A DNA stretch of 62,525 nt, filler included, from Choristocarpus tenellus KU-1152 (lineage: Eukaryota > Protista > Phaeophyceae), in the NCBI GenBank assembly GCA_964200185.2. It is 9 parts of 9 records of this genome, joined end to end, with 100 filler letters (N's around TTAATTAATTAA, not from the genome) between each part and the next. Parts side by side here need not be neighbours in the genome. Positions count along the whole stretch, not along the records: positions 1 to 16,860 come from CAXNAD020000753.1; positions 16,961 to 19,606 come from CAXNAD020025995.1; positions 19,707 to 22,310 come from CAXNAD020026352.1; positions 22,411 to 42,716 come from CAXNAD020000406.1; 5 more parts are not named here. The stretch is one strand, 5' to 3'. Made by a program: the position numbers and the translations under genes. The notes beneath the pieces are model-generated. The model made no database searches. It had not been told where the DNA came from and worked only from the letters and a program-made list of their open reading frames with translations. Shown here piece by piece: positions 12,111 to 23,728 of this stretch. Numbering within the stretch: position 1 is the stretch's first letter; every line of letters starts with the position of its first letter.

Positions 12111-14170
12111 CTTCTCACAGGACTCTTATTTTATGTCGGACACAAGGTCGAATATGGTGGGACAAGGACAAGACTGGAAAAAGGAATTAGTAGATACCTT
12201 GTTCTGTATGGATAAATGCGACTACATATTTATTTATAGGCCTTTGACTTTTTGTAGATGTGTGAGGGAAAAATTAACAAAAACTATTCGCAATATATCT
12301 AAAAATATAAAAATTTTCAATCCCAACAATATGTATTGTACAATAGTTTATTGTGGTTCTTTGATATTAACTCTGCTGTCGCTTTGACTTTACAACTCTA
12401 CTTGACCAAAAAAGCTTCAAAATACACTCGTATAAAATAACTCTAAACTCACTAAATATTTGAATACAATGGCAATGTAACTTTCTTATGGTGAATCATT
12501 CTTTGTCAGGGTTGTTGGATTTGTATGGACCTGTTGTTGACATCACCATGGAAATAATTTTTTTAAGGAAAAGTCAACAAAATGTTTGGATTATTGGAGA
12601 GAATCACACAATAATTTAGACGATGACAAGATACAAATATACGGGAGAGAAACTATGTCCAACACAGAAGAGACAAAACAGAACTACACCTTTCCGCCAC
12701 TTTTCAGTTGGTTCGGATCTAAAGAGGTTAATTTCATCATGTATGTCTATTTTATTGTGATGCTATCGGACATTTTGCAAATGTGTGAGGAGAAAAACCA
12801 ATGAAAAATCAATTAAATGTCATCAGAACAACCCCTGAAAAGTAATAGTTGTCATTAATGTGAGACATATTTCTTTTAACTCTTTACTACCACCTATGCT
12901 ACGTCACTTCCCTCCTATTTCTCCAACGTAGCTTAACCCTACACCCCCTCACAAGAATCTGACAGGCCCTTCCTTACCCATCTCTCCCTGGTGTCTCCAG
13001 CTTAAAACGCATGACACGTCTCGATAAAGCCACTTGTGTTGTGACGGAAACTATTTGTCTTTAACGTGCTTTGACAGCTCCTTTCCTCCTGTAGCCTCCT
13101 GTTCCTCCCCCCCTACCGTGCGTACGATTGACTTGAATAATCAAACAAAAATTGCTCTGACTTCAATATACAAGAGTTGTTTCCAAGATACTTCCTAAAA
13201 TCTATTTGTACACACTACTTATTCACTATCTCCTCCCATTGAACAGACACTACTATTATTTCCATGCCCCTATTATTATGATTAGGCGTACGAAGGACCA
13301 AGGTGGGCGAACGCCTAAAAAGAAGAGTCCCAAGAACCTGTGAGGCCCTTTCATGCCAACCATGCCAGTGTCTCTGCCTTAAAATGCATGACATACACAC
13401 TCCTTGAAAGCTGCAAGAGATCTTTGCACTACTAACAGGTACTATCTCCGTCTCAAACGTTTGTTGACAGCCTCTTTCTATTCTAATCCCCAGTCCCTCT
13501 CACCCCTCCTACCGCATGATAATTGGCCAACTCATCGAGGAAGATCTCTCTGTTGCTTGGTTGCCGAGGAAACCAACCCCTTTTGTCATTAAAATGATGA
13601 GAACTAATACGATGAGGATCTAAAGATCCCTAAGTGTGGATGTACTTCCCCGCCTTCATGAACAAATTAGGGTCAGGGCATAGTGTGATATTGCTTGGAA
13701 GTGAGACAGCTATCTGCAGAACCTTACACTTTTGATCGAGTGATGTGGTTACGTGTTTTAAATTGAGATGTGATTGAGAATGGTGCAGTGTGATTTTGGA
13801 AGTTTACAATGTACGAGTAGATTTTCGGTTATTCTAATTATTTGAACTGCGTATTGAACTGTCACGATTCACACCACCACAATCTTTAAGGAATCAAGGT
13901 GCTTCATCCCTGCCGAAGAGGTGATCCTCTGGGAGGAGGAGTTACAGGTGAGCAAGGCCTTGTGATTGAGAGACAGCACATAGAATCCCCTATGCGGTAT
14001 CCAAGTGGCAACCTGCCCAAGGCCTACTTACACCCTGAGTGAATCCAGTGGACGGTGAGACATGCGGCAGGCAATTTTATTGTGGGAATAGCTGTGTTGT
14101 GGTTGGTAACATTGTATGGGTTGGGTGCCGTAGTAGCTCAACTGGTACGATGATCGCTGCCAATAGATGA

Positions 14171-14240
14171 GGGCAAAAGTATCTGGGGGGGGAGGCGGGT
14201 GTCCATTTGGGGTTCATTTTACCATATCGCGATTTTTGGA
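14171..14240 (-). mobile_element. MITE family B-like end only (partial)
   Basis: GGGCAAAAGTATCTGGGGGGGG...GTCCATTTGGGG...ATATCGCGATTTT matches one end of family B, then diverges. Confidence 0.6.
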
Positions 14241-14419
14241 GAACTTGCATATATGCGGGGGAATGAAGGTGTGTTTCGTAGATATGTGTGTGGATTACAC
14301 TTAGTTATAGTCGCGGTAAGATTAAGTCCAGCAAAATAGGCTCTCACTGCTTTGAGGATTTTTGAATTTGTTCTTGAATTAATGAGAAGAATGGTTGGGG
14401 ACTGGTCTAGGTATATTAT

Positions 14420-14705
14420 NNNNNNNNNNNNNNNNNNNNNNNNNNNNNNNNNNNNNNNNNNNNNNNNNNNNNNNNNNNNNNNNNNNNNNNNNNNNNNNNN
14501 NNNNNNNNNNNNNNNNNNNNNNNNNNNNNNNNNNNNNNNNNNNNNNNNNNNNNNNNNNNNNNNNNNNNNNNNNNNNNNNNNNNNNNNNNNNNNNNNNNNN
14601 NNNNNNNNNNNNNNNNNNNNNNNNNNNNNNNNNNNNNNNNNNNNNNNNNNNNNNNNNNNNNNNNNNNNNNNNNNNNNNNNNNNNNNNNNNNNNNNNNNNN
14701 NNNNN
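14420..14705. other. Scaffold gap (Ns)
   Basis: Run of N without the linker motif. Confidence 0.98.
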
Positions 14706-16436
14706 CGAGTTAAACGAGTAGTTTTATTTTTTGGTGTACGGTGATGAATATTGTTGTAATTCCTTATTTGGACTTTTAAAATCGAGCGACCAAATTGTGT
14801 AATCGATGGAAATATGGTCTTGTATGGCATGAAGAAGTTCTCCACGTAGGCGTTGGTCGGTAGTCTGGTATTCAGGGTTTTTTGTAGGGGTTAGTGAGTG
14901 ATATGCTGGAGGTGGAAAGGGTTAGGAAAAGGTTTGTTGAGGGGCTAATATGTTGATTTTTTGGAGTATGTCCACATGAGGGTAGTGTTGTGGTTAGCGG
15001 GTTGGGTTGACGACTGTCCATGTGGGTGAGAGGTGGGTCATGTCACGGATGTAGGTCGATTTGGTGACAAGGTAGCATCAACAATACATCACATGTGCCT
15101 GGTTGTATGCCCATGTCTGTGGGCTTGGGAAGTATGGGAAATGGGGAGTCATCCTTTAGTATCATTAAATCATTAACTACTTAGGGTTAGGCATTATGTG
15201 ATCGATTCCTTCACCAATGGCACTACGGTGAAGCCCATTATGTAAAAATTGTGAAACAATGAGGGAAACAACCTGTTGACAGGCGCACAACTTATTTTGG
15301 ATGTATAAAAAACTTGCCGGCATAAAAGATTGTGACAGTTTGGCGCAAGGGATATGTGTTCCAGAGCTACGACGCACAGCGACATAAGCTTTATCAAAGT
15401 TCAAATGTTTATGAGAAATATTGGTATGAAACACTCGGAACAGTCTTCGATAATTGAAACTAAGACCAATGTGTACCCTCTTTTGGCCGAAATGTTAGGC
15501 CAAGTTTTCGAATGTGTGTTTGATGGAGGAGGGTATAGTATCTGTAAACTACAGATTCCCAAACGGTGTTACCCTGTGATCACCAAAGCACCTCATAAGA
15601 ACATTGAAGAGAAAACACAATAAGGATTCTGACGTTCACCTCAACGGTGCGATTAGGACGATGTGCTATGTTAGACATTGATTGGTGTTTAAGGTTATCG
15701 CCCTCGCTTCGCATCAGAAGAACTGTTTTTTAATGGGTGAAAAGGTGTTATCCCACGGATATTAGACTTGTATTTATCAGTAGGTGTGTGCTGTTGTAAA
15801 AGACGTGGCAAATACCAAAATACAGATGAGAACCCAATTATTGAACCAAAGGTGGTTCTTTGGTAAGAGAAGGACACATTCGACTTGATCAAGTCAAATA
15901 GTTTACAGCAGGGAGAACATTTCTATTAATCTTTCTTGAATTAGGGTTACCCCGACAGTTATAACCTCCAAAATCAAAAACATTTGCCCCAGAGCGTGCA
16001 AACCTGGTCATTGGACACATTGTGGAAGGAACAGAAAGAATGAAGTCTACGAAAAATACACTCTTACTTCAAGTTCGACCTGAAACCAAAAAAAATCTAC
16101 TTGAGCTGGTGCGCATGCGTGAAGTCGCACCTCGCTTCCTTCCACCAATCTATAAGCTTAGGGTAAACCTCTGTCAACACATGCCAAAGATTTAGGGGGG
16201 AAGAGTACTTGTCATTCCACAAATCTGCCTCGACACGACCTAGAAACACAGCTTTTCTCGTAGCGAGTGCTTCTATGTCCTGCACGCACAGCGTCCTCTT
16301 TGGTATTACCCACACCATGGCACAAGCCATCGAGGATTCCCTTGTGCACGTAGCAGTGATCGTCCAGGATAAGAAGATTTGCAGCTTTGCCAGCCCGCAT
16401 CAACCTAAATCCGTAGTCATGAATAACCTGTTAAAG

Positions 16437-16590
16437 GAGTGAAAGTATCTTAGAGGGTACGAATTTTGCCCTGTTTGTCCATTTGGGGCTTGGCTTCCCA
16501 CGGGTTTTTAAAGACTAATCCTACTCCGAAATGTTTCGAAGTTGGTAAAATGTGTGTATGTTATGAAAGAGCGTGTTCAGAATAAGGATA
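16437..16590 (+). mobile_element. MITE family A, 5' half (truncated)
   Basis: GAGTGAAAGTATCTTAGAGGGTACG plus family A body; right TIR absent. Confidence 0.85.
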
Positions 16591-16860
16591 CAGTACCTGC
16601 CCCGATTTTATACCAAATATTATGTACCAAACCCATTTTGTACCGCTTTTTTTCGACATACTAAAAAAAATAGGCTTAGTACCGGAATTCTCGTATTCGG
16701 GCGACTTGGTACAAAATCGGGGAGACATTCATGCGAGTTTGGCGCGCGCGTAAAAATATATCGCGAAAAGTGCCTTTCTTCCTGAGTCATGACCACACAG
16801 CAGTACAGTACGTTGCTGGTAGGGGAATAAAGTGGAACCATGCCTTGTGCCGCAGGAAAC

Positions 16861-16960
16861 NNNNNNNNNNNNNNNNNNNNNNNNNNNNNNNNNNNNNNNN
16901 NNNNTTAATTAATTAANNNNNNNNNNNNNNNNNNNNNNNNNNNNNNNNNNNNNNNNNNNN
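16861..16960. other. Artificial contig linker N44-TTAATTAATTAA-N44
   Basis: Identical 100-bp spacer with stops in all six frames, present 8 times. Confidence 0.98.
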
Positions 16961-17727
16961 CTATCTTGAAGATTATTATATTCATATGACATTTGTTCTT
17001 GCATGTTGAAGGTAACATCTGCTTGAAGTAAGATCGGGTGGTTTGGAGTGACCTTGCCAACCCCCCCCTCTTTCAGTTACCACTGGAACACTCCTTTTTC
17101 CCCGAGCGATCTTCTGAGGGATTGCTCTCCCTTTTGACTTGTCTCTCTCTTTTAATCTTGCCTCCTGTGGGTCTTCCCGCTCCCCTTCATTATGAAGAAC
17201 TTGTCGGCTTGTTTCCATCTGTTTTAGACAGAGGGCATAATATTTAACATAGTAACAATTTGTATGAGTCAAAGCCAAATGTTTTTTCTCTTTTAACGTA
17301 ACTTGGAAAGAAGCAAACAAAGTGTTTCATGTTCGATATTGGGATTATTCCCTCCATCGTCGCCCACCTTCACAAATCCTAACCCCAGCCTGACCCTAAC
17401 CCCAACCTCCAACCTCCAAACCCTAACTGTGGAAAGTACCTCCCAACTCCGTCTGATTCATGAAAACAATTCTGCAATGAACTACTATCTAATCCATTCC
17501 CACGTCAAAAAATGACCAGATTCCCACGTCCGTAAGGCTATCTGATTAAAATAGACTGGAGGCATAGTCAGTCAGTAGCATTATAGTGTGTGTGAGCATG
17601 GGTTCGCGTCGGAAACTACTCATAAGCTGATGTTATGAAGGCGGTCTAGGAACAAGCGAGGGAATGGGGATGGTCACATAACGAGCCTGTGAAGTCCTGC
17701 TTTGCCCAACGACCTTGGTGTTTCTAC

Positions 17728-17967
17728 AAAAGACTATACAATGTTCCTGGTGAATTATCTGGAGGTGAGCAGCAAAGGGTCGCTGTTGCACGTACATTAA
17801 TCAATAACCCAAAAATAATATTAGCAGATGAGCCAACAGGTAACTTAGACCCACATACAGCTGATGAAGTATTTGCAATGTTTTTAGAACGCGTGGAAAA
17901 AGAAAATACGGCGATTATTATGGTATCTCACAATTTGGAGCTAGTCTCAAAGATGCACAAGACATTA
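17728..17967 (+). pseudogene. lolD: Fragment (C-terminal third) of a bacterial LolD-type ABC transporter ATP-binding protein, Rickettsiaceae-like
   Basis: KRLYNVPGELSGGEQQRVAVARTLINNPKIILADEPTGNLDPHTADEVFAMFLERVEKENTAIIMVSHNLELVSKMHK contains the signature LSGGEQQR, Walker B/D-loop ILADEPTGNLD and H-loop; no Walker A or start; AT-rich codons; flanks unrelated. Confidence 0.8.
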
Positions 17968-18572
17968 TGTTACAGTGCATAACAAAAAAACTTTCGGCAA
18001 ACCACATAAGCGACAAACCCCACACTCCTTCACTCACTCTCACAACAAACCAACGAGCCTGGACAATATAGGGAATTGTTGTCGCAGTTCTTTGAGAGGA
18101 CCATGCCAATGGATTGCACCGCAGATGTAGGATGGCCACCTGTCAGCCACTAGGGGGTCTGGTTAACAACGGGAATGAACTCATGGACTCCGGAGGGGTA
18201 GACCCCAGGACACCCAAGGGTAAGGCCAGGACATCCCAAAGGTAAGGCCAGGACTCCATCGCAGCTAGACACACTCCAATGTAGCCTGTGTGTTCTGTAA
18301 TTACCGCAACAAGGGATTAGCACTTGAAGACTAGGCATAGTGAAGCATATGGTCACCATATCCTTCCGAAATCATACATTTGCATCAGAATCAGAGACAC
18401 GAGGTGTTCACCAGTTACACCGTAGCTCGGAACTGGTGACGCACACGTCCTCCCCTCAAGAGCAGGACGAAACCTAGCGACGAAGATCGTGTTCTCCGAT
18501 ACTTTGAATCCGATATTTACCGTAAATAAACGATAATCCTTTCTGTTTCTGTTTCAAAGCCCAAACCTAACA
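17968..18572 (+). mobile_element. Possible solo-LTR-like segment
   Basis: Begins TGTTA exactly where lolD similarity stops, AATAAA near 18525, ends TAACA at 18568-18572; no TSD found. Confidence 0.3.
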
Positions 18573-19606
18573 CCTGTCCCAACCCTAACCCTGTGCCTCA
18601 ACCCCAACACCATTCCCTGACCCTTACAATCCCGAACACATGCCAACACATGTTTCGCTCTTCGTTCATCCACTCGCCTCGTGTAATTTTTGGCATACTT
18701 TACCGTACGACAAAGTATGGCAAGAGTTGCGGCAGTCGACATAACGACTTATTTGAAGGCACACTCCTCCAATCCATCGTCCTCAATTGTCCAATAACTC
18801 AAGCGCAATCTCATATCCCCCGTAGAGAAGGCATAGAAAAGAAGGCACAAACAATGGTATGTGCATCTGGGGATATATGGAGACCTACGCGACATGAAAC
18901 ATTCAGTATCCCTTCCACCAAAAACCCATCCTACATTATAGTTTACTGTACGACAGAACACGTCAATTGTAGTACATACATACGCGAAGATTTTCGGAGG
19001 TGATACCCACCAAACATTTGTCAACCGTTTTCCAAAAAATCAGATCAAAGCATATACTCTGCCGTACGACAAACTACCTCAATTCACTTCTTCCTACGTG
19101 TTTCATGGGATATATCCATAAACGTTTTCATGTGGTTTGCGAGTGCCCGCACACGCAATGCACTCCTTTTCAGGATATTCTAAACGGGGCGGTTTCGGTT
19201 CTCAATATATCCAACACCCCGTTGTCGACGTGTTGAACATTAGGTGTCACCCAACACGCCCCTACTCTGTTGAACACTTCATGACCTAATATTGTGCACG
19301 CCCCCTCGTCCGAACAAAGTGGCAGCAATACCGATGTTTGCATCATCAACATCGAACTCAAGTGTCGAAGGGAAACAAACCCACCAACCCATATCGAAAC
19401 CTCACTTAAATCCCAATCAGGAAACGGGGACTTAAGAGACTGCCCAAGACCAGTGCCGCTCATTCGTGGAAGAAATCCAAAACGGACCACATCATGGACC
19501 TCTTCCTCTCCATGTTTGTCAACCACGATGGTTTAGAAGAGATGGAAGGAAGCGTCTTTAGCTCAGATGGGAATTTCCTAAGTACACACTCAAAGTATCT
19601 GGCAGG

Positions 19607-19706
19607 NNNNNNNNNNNNNNNNNNNNNNNNNNNNNNNNNNNNNNNNNNNNTTAATTAATTAANNNNNNNNNNNNNNNNNNNNNNNNNNNNNNNNNNNNNN
19701 NNNNNN
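19607..19706. other. Artificial contig linker
   Basis: N44-TTAATTAATTAA-N44. Confidence 0.98.
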
Positions 19707-19770
19707 CACTTCAAACCGCGCCTTTGAGCTAGAAGACATCTACCCCGCCGTAACTTGACCTCCCCTCCCC
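19707..19770 (-). repeat. Direct repeat B2 of the YR element (copy of 20795-20858)
   Basis: CACTTCAAACCGCGCCTTTGAGCTAGAAGACATCTACCCCGCCGTAACTTGACCTCCCCTCCCC, one mismatch versus B1. Confidence 0.9.
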
Positions 19771-20156
19771 CCCCCTTTTCCCAGCGTTTCCATCGTTCGT
19801 GAGCAAGCGACAGGGTGGGTGGGTGGGAGAAGCCTGCTCGGAGGTTGCCTTTGTCTCCCCTCCTCGTCTTGTACCCCTGGTTTTCTTTCCCTTTTTTCAC
19901 TGACTGGCTGCTGTCCTTCCCTTTATCTACAGCTCATTTCCATTAACCATCTCGTCCCTTCCTTAACTATTCCTTCTCTTCTCGCTTCCTTCTTTTCCTT
20001 TCCCCCACCCACTCTTGTCCTGTGCCCCCAACCAACCAGAATTCTTCCGCCCACAAAACTCAGATTACTTCATAAACTCTCACTTTGGTTTGCTCATGAA
20101 TTTGGATTATTATTATAATTTTCTCATTCCTAATTTGCCATTCCTCTATTCTCTAT

Positions 20157-20432
20157 TCCCCATTTGATGGCCAACCATTGCGACTGCCCTTCGTCAAAGA
20201 TTGCCAGCCATCCCACATTTGATGACCAACAAGTGCGAATACCCTTCGTCACTGGTTGCCAGCCATCCCCACATTTGATGACCAACCAGTGCAAATTCCG
20301 TTCGTCAATGATTGCCAGCCATCCCCACATTCGATGACCAAACAGTGCAAATGCCCTTCGTCCCTGATTGCCAGCTATCACATTCGATGACCAAACAGTG
20401 CGAATGCCCTTCGTCACTGCTTGCCAGCCATG
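20157..20432. repeat. Minisatellite, ~56-bp unit, ~5 copies
   Basis: Unit approx CCCACATTTGATGACCAAACAGTGCGAATGCCCTTCGTCACTGATTGCCAGCCAT. Confidence 0.85.
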
Positions 20433-20464
20433 CTTTCAACCCACACAATTTACCACTCCCCTCA

Positions 20465-20723
20465 GAGTGAAAATATCTTAGAAGGTACGAGTTTTGCCCT
20501 ATTTGTCCGTTTGAGGCTTGGTTTCCCATGGGTTTTCTTATGACATTTTCCCGCTCCAAAACGTTTCATAGTAAGTAAAATGTATACGTTATGAAAAGGT
20601 GTGTCCAGAACAAGGGTAGTGACACTGCCCAACAAACACGACAGCAAAAATTACATCAAAATCGGAGCATTTGATTTAGGTCCCCAAATGGACGTGGTCC
20701 TACCCTCTAAGATAATTTGGCTC
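20465..20723 (+). mobile_element. MITE family A, full copy, TSD CTCA
   Basis: GAGTGAAAATATCTTAG ... CTAAGATAATTTGGCTC flanked by CTCA at 20461-20464 and 20724-20727. Confidence 0.9.
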
Positions 20724-20794
20724 CTCAACCCCACAGCAGTTCTCACACCACTCAACACCACTCCACAATCATCCAAGAACACCCCTTCATGATC

Positions 20795-20858
20795 CACTTC
20801 AAACCGTGCCTTTGAGCTAGAAGACATCTACCCCGCCGTAACTTGACCTCCCCTCCCC
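20795..20858 (-). repeat. Direct repeat B1 of the YR element
   Basis: 64-bp near-identical copy of 19707-19770, just downstream of the YR stop. Confidence 0.9.
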
Positions 20859-20876
20859 TTTCGGGGTTGATTTCTT

Positions 20877-22227
20877 CTATCTCATCCCCGTTACCTCCTG
20901 ACCTGGTTGTACCCAATCCTTCCTACTCTCTGCCAAGCCCTTTGACACTGACACTGAGTCCTTCTGGTTTGCCCTTACATATATCATAAAAGCCCTCCAC
21001 TTCCATCTTCCTTCCCGCTGTATTACTAATTCTGATACCCCCATGCTTGACAATCTCGTGGCTCCCCCTATCCTACCCGAATGCAAGGCATACTCTTCTG
21101 GTCTTAACCTAAGTTCTTTGGTTATCCTCCTCAAAACACATGTTGCTTGGCCCCTCGTAATCACTCTCCATCTCCCTTCCTGCCCACATGTCATCAGAGG
21201 GGCATCCGGGGGGAGTTCTGGGAAACATTACATAAATAGCCACAACTACCTCCCATCCTACCATACTTTCTTCTCCCCCTTACTTCCCTACCTTACATCT
21301 TGTCAACACTGCTCCTTTTCTGCCCTGGTCCCCTTTTGACCCTGTGAATGAGTGAAAGTATCTTAGAGGGTAAGATTTTTGCCCTGTTTGTCCATTTGGA
21401 TCTTGGCTTCCCATGGGTTTTTTAATGACATGTTCCTACTCCAAAATGTTTCGGAGTGTGTAAAATGTGTATGTTATTAGAAGGTGTGTGCAGAACATCG
21501 ATATTGACACTTCCTAACACACACAATAGCCAAAATTACATCAAAATTGCAACATTGGACTTTAGCCCCCAAATGGACGCGGCTGTACTCTCTAAGATAC
21601 TTTGACTCAATGTTACCTCTACTTTTTCTGCCTGGTGCCTCTCTTCCCAACTTAATCTTTTGACTCCCCTCCTCCATACCACGTCCCTCCTTCTCACTGC
21701 GAAATCCCCATGAACTCCTCCCCCTTCGTCATAGGCCCACAATTCTGAGACTCTAGCTAGAAAGAAGAACGAGAAATCCAGACCTAGCCTTTGTCAATTT
21801 ACCTTCCCTACCTAACATTTTCAGTACATTGCTTTGTCTCTATAATTGTTCTCCACGTTAGAGGTCTCCTCTTCCTGGGCTCGCTTCCTCCTTTTGTGTG
21901 ACTCCTCCCTATTACTTTGAGTACAGATTGGATAATGAAATGTTGTGTGGGAAGCTGTAAGTTGAGGAAATGTTTATGGTAGTATTGGATTGCTCCTATC
22001 TTACCCTTCACTGTGCTTACTTGATTCCCCCTACTTCCACAACAGAAACACATGAACTCCGCTAGGGCCTTTACTACCTCTATCTCTCTACTCCCAGGGT
22101 CTAACCACCTACTCAATCCCCTATATGTGCGGAACTCAGACCATTGGTCCCAAGCTGCTTCATAACACTTCTGAGTAGATGGCGCAACCGACCCTCTGGC
22201 GTACACTGCTGCAAGGCACTCAAACAC
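20877..22227 (-). pseudogene. Tyrosine recombinase (phage-integrase family) of a DIRS/Ngaro-type retroelement, disrupted
   Basis: N-terminal domain STQKCYEAAWDQW..STVKGKIGAIQYYH; catalytic R in FFLARVSEL; K in FTGSKGDQ (restored when the MITE and one AAT are removed); HSGRIGGAT; GRW..AFMIY; several frameshifts and stops. Confidence 0.88.
21350..21608 (+). mobile_element. MITE family A, full copy inserted in the YR gene, TSD AAT
   Basis: GAGTGAAAGTATCTTAGAGGGTA ... CTCTAAGATACTTTGACTC flanked by AAT; excision restores the frame VEVTFTGSKGDQ. Confidence 0.93.
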
Positions 22228-22310
22228 ACCATCTTCCCTTCCCGACCCAGGGGCTGCTCCTGCCAGTCAATGCGTGGGCAAATACGTTGGAGGTTAGGTT
22301 GAATCTCATC

Positions 22311-22410
22311 NNNNNNNNNNNNNNNNNNNNNNNNNNNNNNNNNNNNNNNNNNNNTTAATTAATTAANNNNNNNNNNNNNNNNNNNNNNNNNNNNNNNNNN
22401 NNNNNNNNNN
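22311..22410. other. Artificial contig linker
   Basis: N44-TTAATTAATTAA-N44. Confidence 0.98.
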
Positions 22411-23356
22411 TTCTCCCCCTTCCCTTTTTCTTTTTCTTTTTTTTGTTTTTTTTTTTTGTTTTTGTGGGGGGGGGGGGGGGGGGGGGGTCCTTGATTCAGA
22501 ATATTAATAACATGGTCAACTCTAATTTTCCTTCATCAAATATGTTTTTTTTTTGGGGGGGGGTCAAGGGTTAAGGGTTTGCCTTGACTATTCATTGAAG
22601 TAGAGGTGGTGCATGGAGTGGAATGTCCCAGGTTGTGTGTCACAGAATATTAATAGAATCTGTTACCTTTTGAGCATGATTTTTACTGATGGTGGATATG
22701 AATACATGTATGTAATATGAATGTTTGATTCAGTCAGAACTACCATTTTAGGAGAGGTAACTGATTGATCCAAGGGGGTTGGATGGGATGAGAATTATTT
22801 TATTTCATCCATCTGACTTGAATGATGCTTGATAGGTGTGGCCATGTGGTGGGTGGGAGCTGCAGATGTGCCCATGAATTAATTATATATATATGTATTT
22901 TTTTTCTTATTATTCTTTGGTCAGCTCATTAAAAAAAATAGATTCTTAATTTGCTTGAGTTTTTTTTTCTTGCAGCTTCTGTGGGTCCAGAATTTACGTC
23001 ACATTTTCTTTCTATTCCAAAGTTGAAGAAATGACTTGAAAAGTAATATTAATATGCCATTGTTCTATCTCCCCCCCCCCCCCCGCCAAGTGAACTTTTT
23101 CGAAGAGGTTACTTCATTTTCACCTCACCCGCCTCCCGTGTTTTTTTTGTTTTTAGTATGGCAAGTGCTTTGAAGTTTTCCCACCCTACTTGGTTAACAC
23201 CCTGTCTTCCCTTTGATTGATCACTTTATCAGTAGGCTTACAACTTGTGGATTGATAATATAAAAATATTTTTAGTAATGACAGCATGCTACTTTAGGTT
23301 GCTTATTTTGTTTTGGAGTTGGGGTGAGGGTAAGGGTTGGCAAGTATTCTCTTCAG

Positions 23357-23432
23357 TGTATGTATGTATGTATGTATGTATGTATGTATGTATGTATGTA
23401 TTTGTATGTATTTGTATGTATTTGTATGTATA
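23357..23432. repeat. (TATG)n microsatellite
   Basis: Direct reading. Confidence 0.9.
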
Positions 23433-23728
23433 AATTTGTGACACTTCCAGTAGCATATAGTAATTTTATTGCAATATCATTGTCATCACAACCTCTGGAG
23501 TATTTGCCTTGAACTCTACCATACCCATACATACAGTACATACAGTACATATGTGAGGTATTGTAGGTTAATAATACTATTGTGCCCTGCTCTCCTATCT
23601 GAGAATGGTCTTGTTTTACTTTGTTCATTTCTTACCAAGGCAAACTTTGTTGTTCTCATTCTAAACTACATTGTACATTTTGTGTCAAATCTATGTGGGT
23701 TTATGTTTACATTGGTTGATGTGTACAG

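Larger units (their letters stand above)
19707..22310 (-). mobile_element. 3' half of a tyrosine-recombinase retroelement (DIRS order, Ngaro/PAT-like split direct repeats)
   Basis: YR gene followed about 19 nt after its stop by a 64-bp block (20795-20858) repeated with one mismatch at 19707-19770; an overlapping upstream frame (..LQRICPRIDWQEQPLGREG..) resembles the tail of an RT/RNase H ORF. Confidence 0.75.

Noticed and set aside
14127-14170. tRNA-like 5' end GCCGTAGTAGCTCAACTGGTA
   Set aside because: Only an A-box-like arm; no anticodon or T arm, and a MITE end follows. At most a SINE head remnant
14219-14845. ORFs spanning the N gap
   Set aside because: Their length is an artefact of translating Ns
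16905-16916. Recurrent TTAATTAATTAA palindrome (8 times) as a biological site such as a piggyBac target
   Set aside because: Always centred between 44 Ns on each side; it is an assembly concatenation linker
17689-22227. lolD fragment plus integrase as a bacterial genomic island or prophage
   Set aside because: They are on different contigs separated by a linker, and the recombinase has eukaryotic DIRS/Ngaro features
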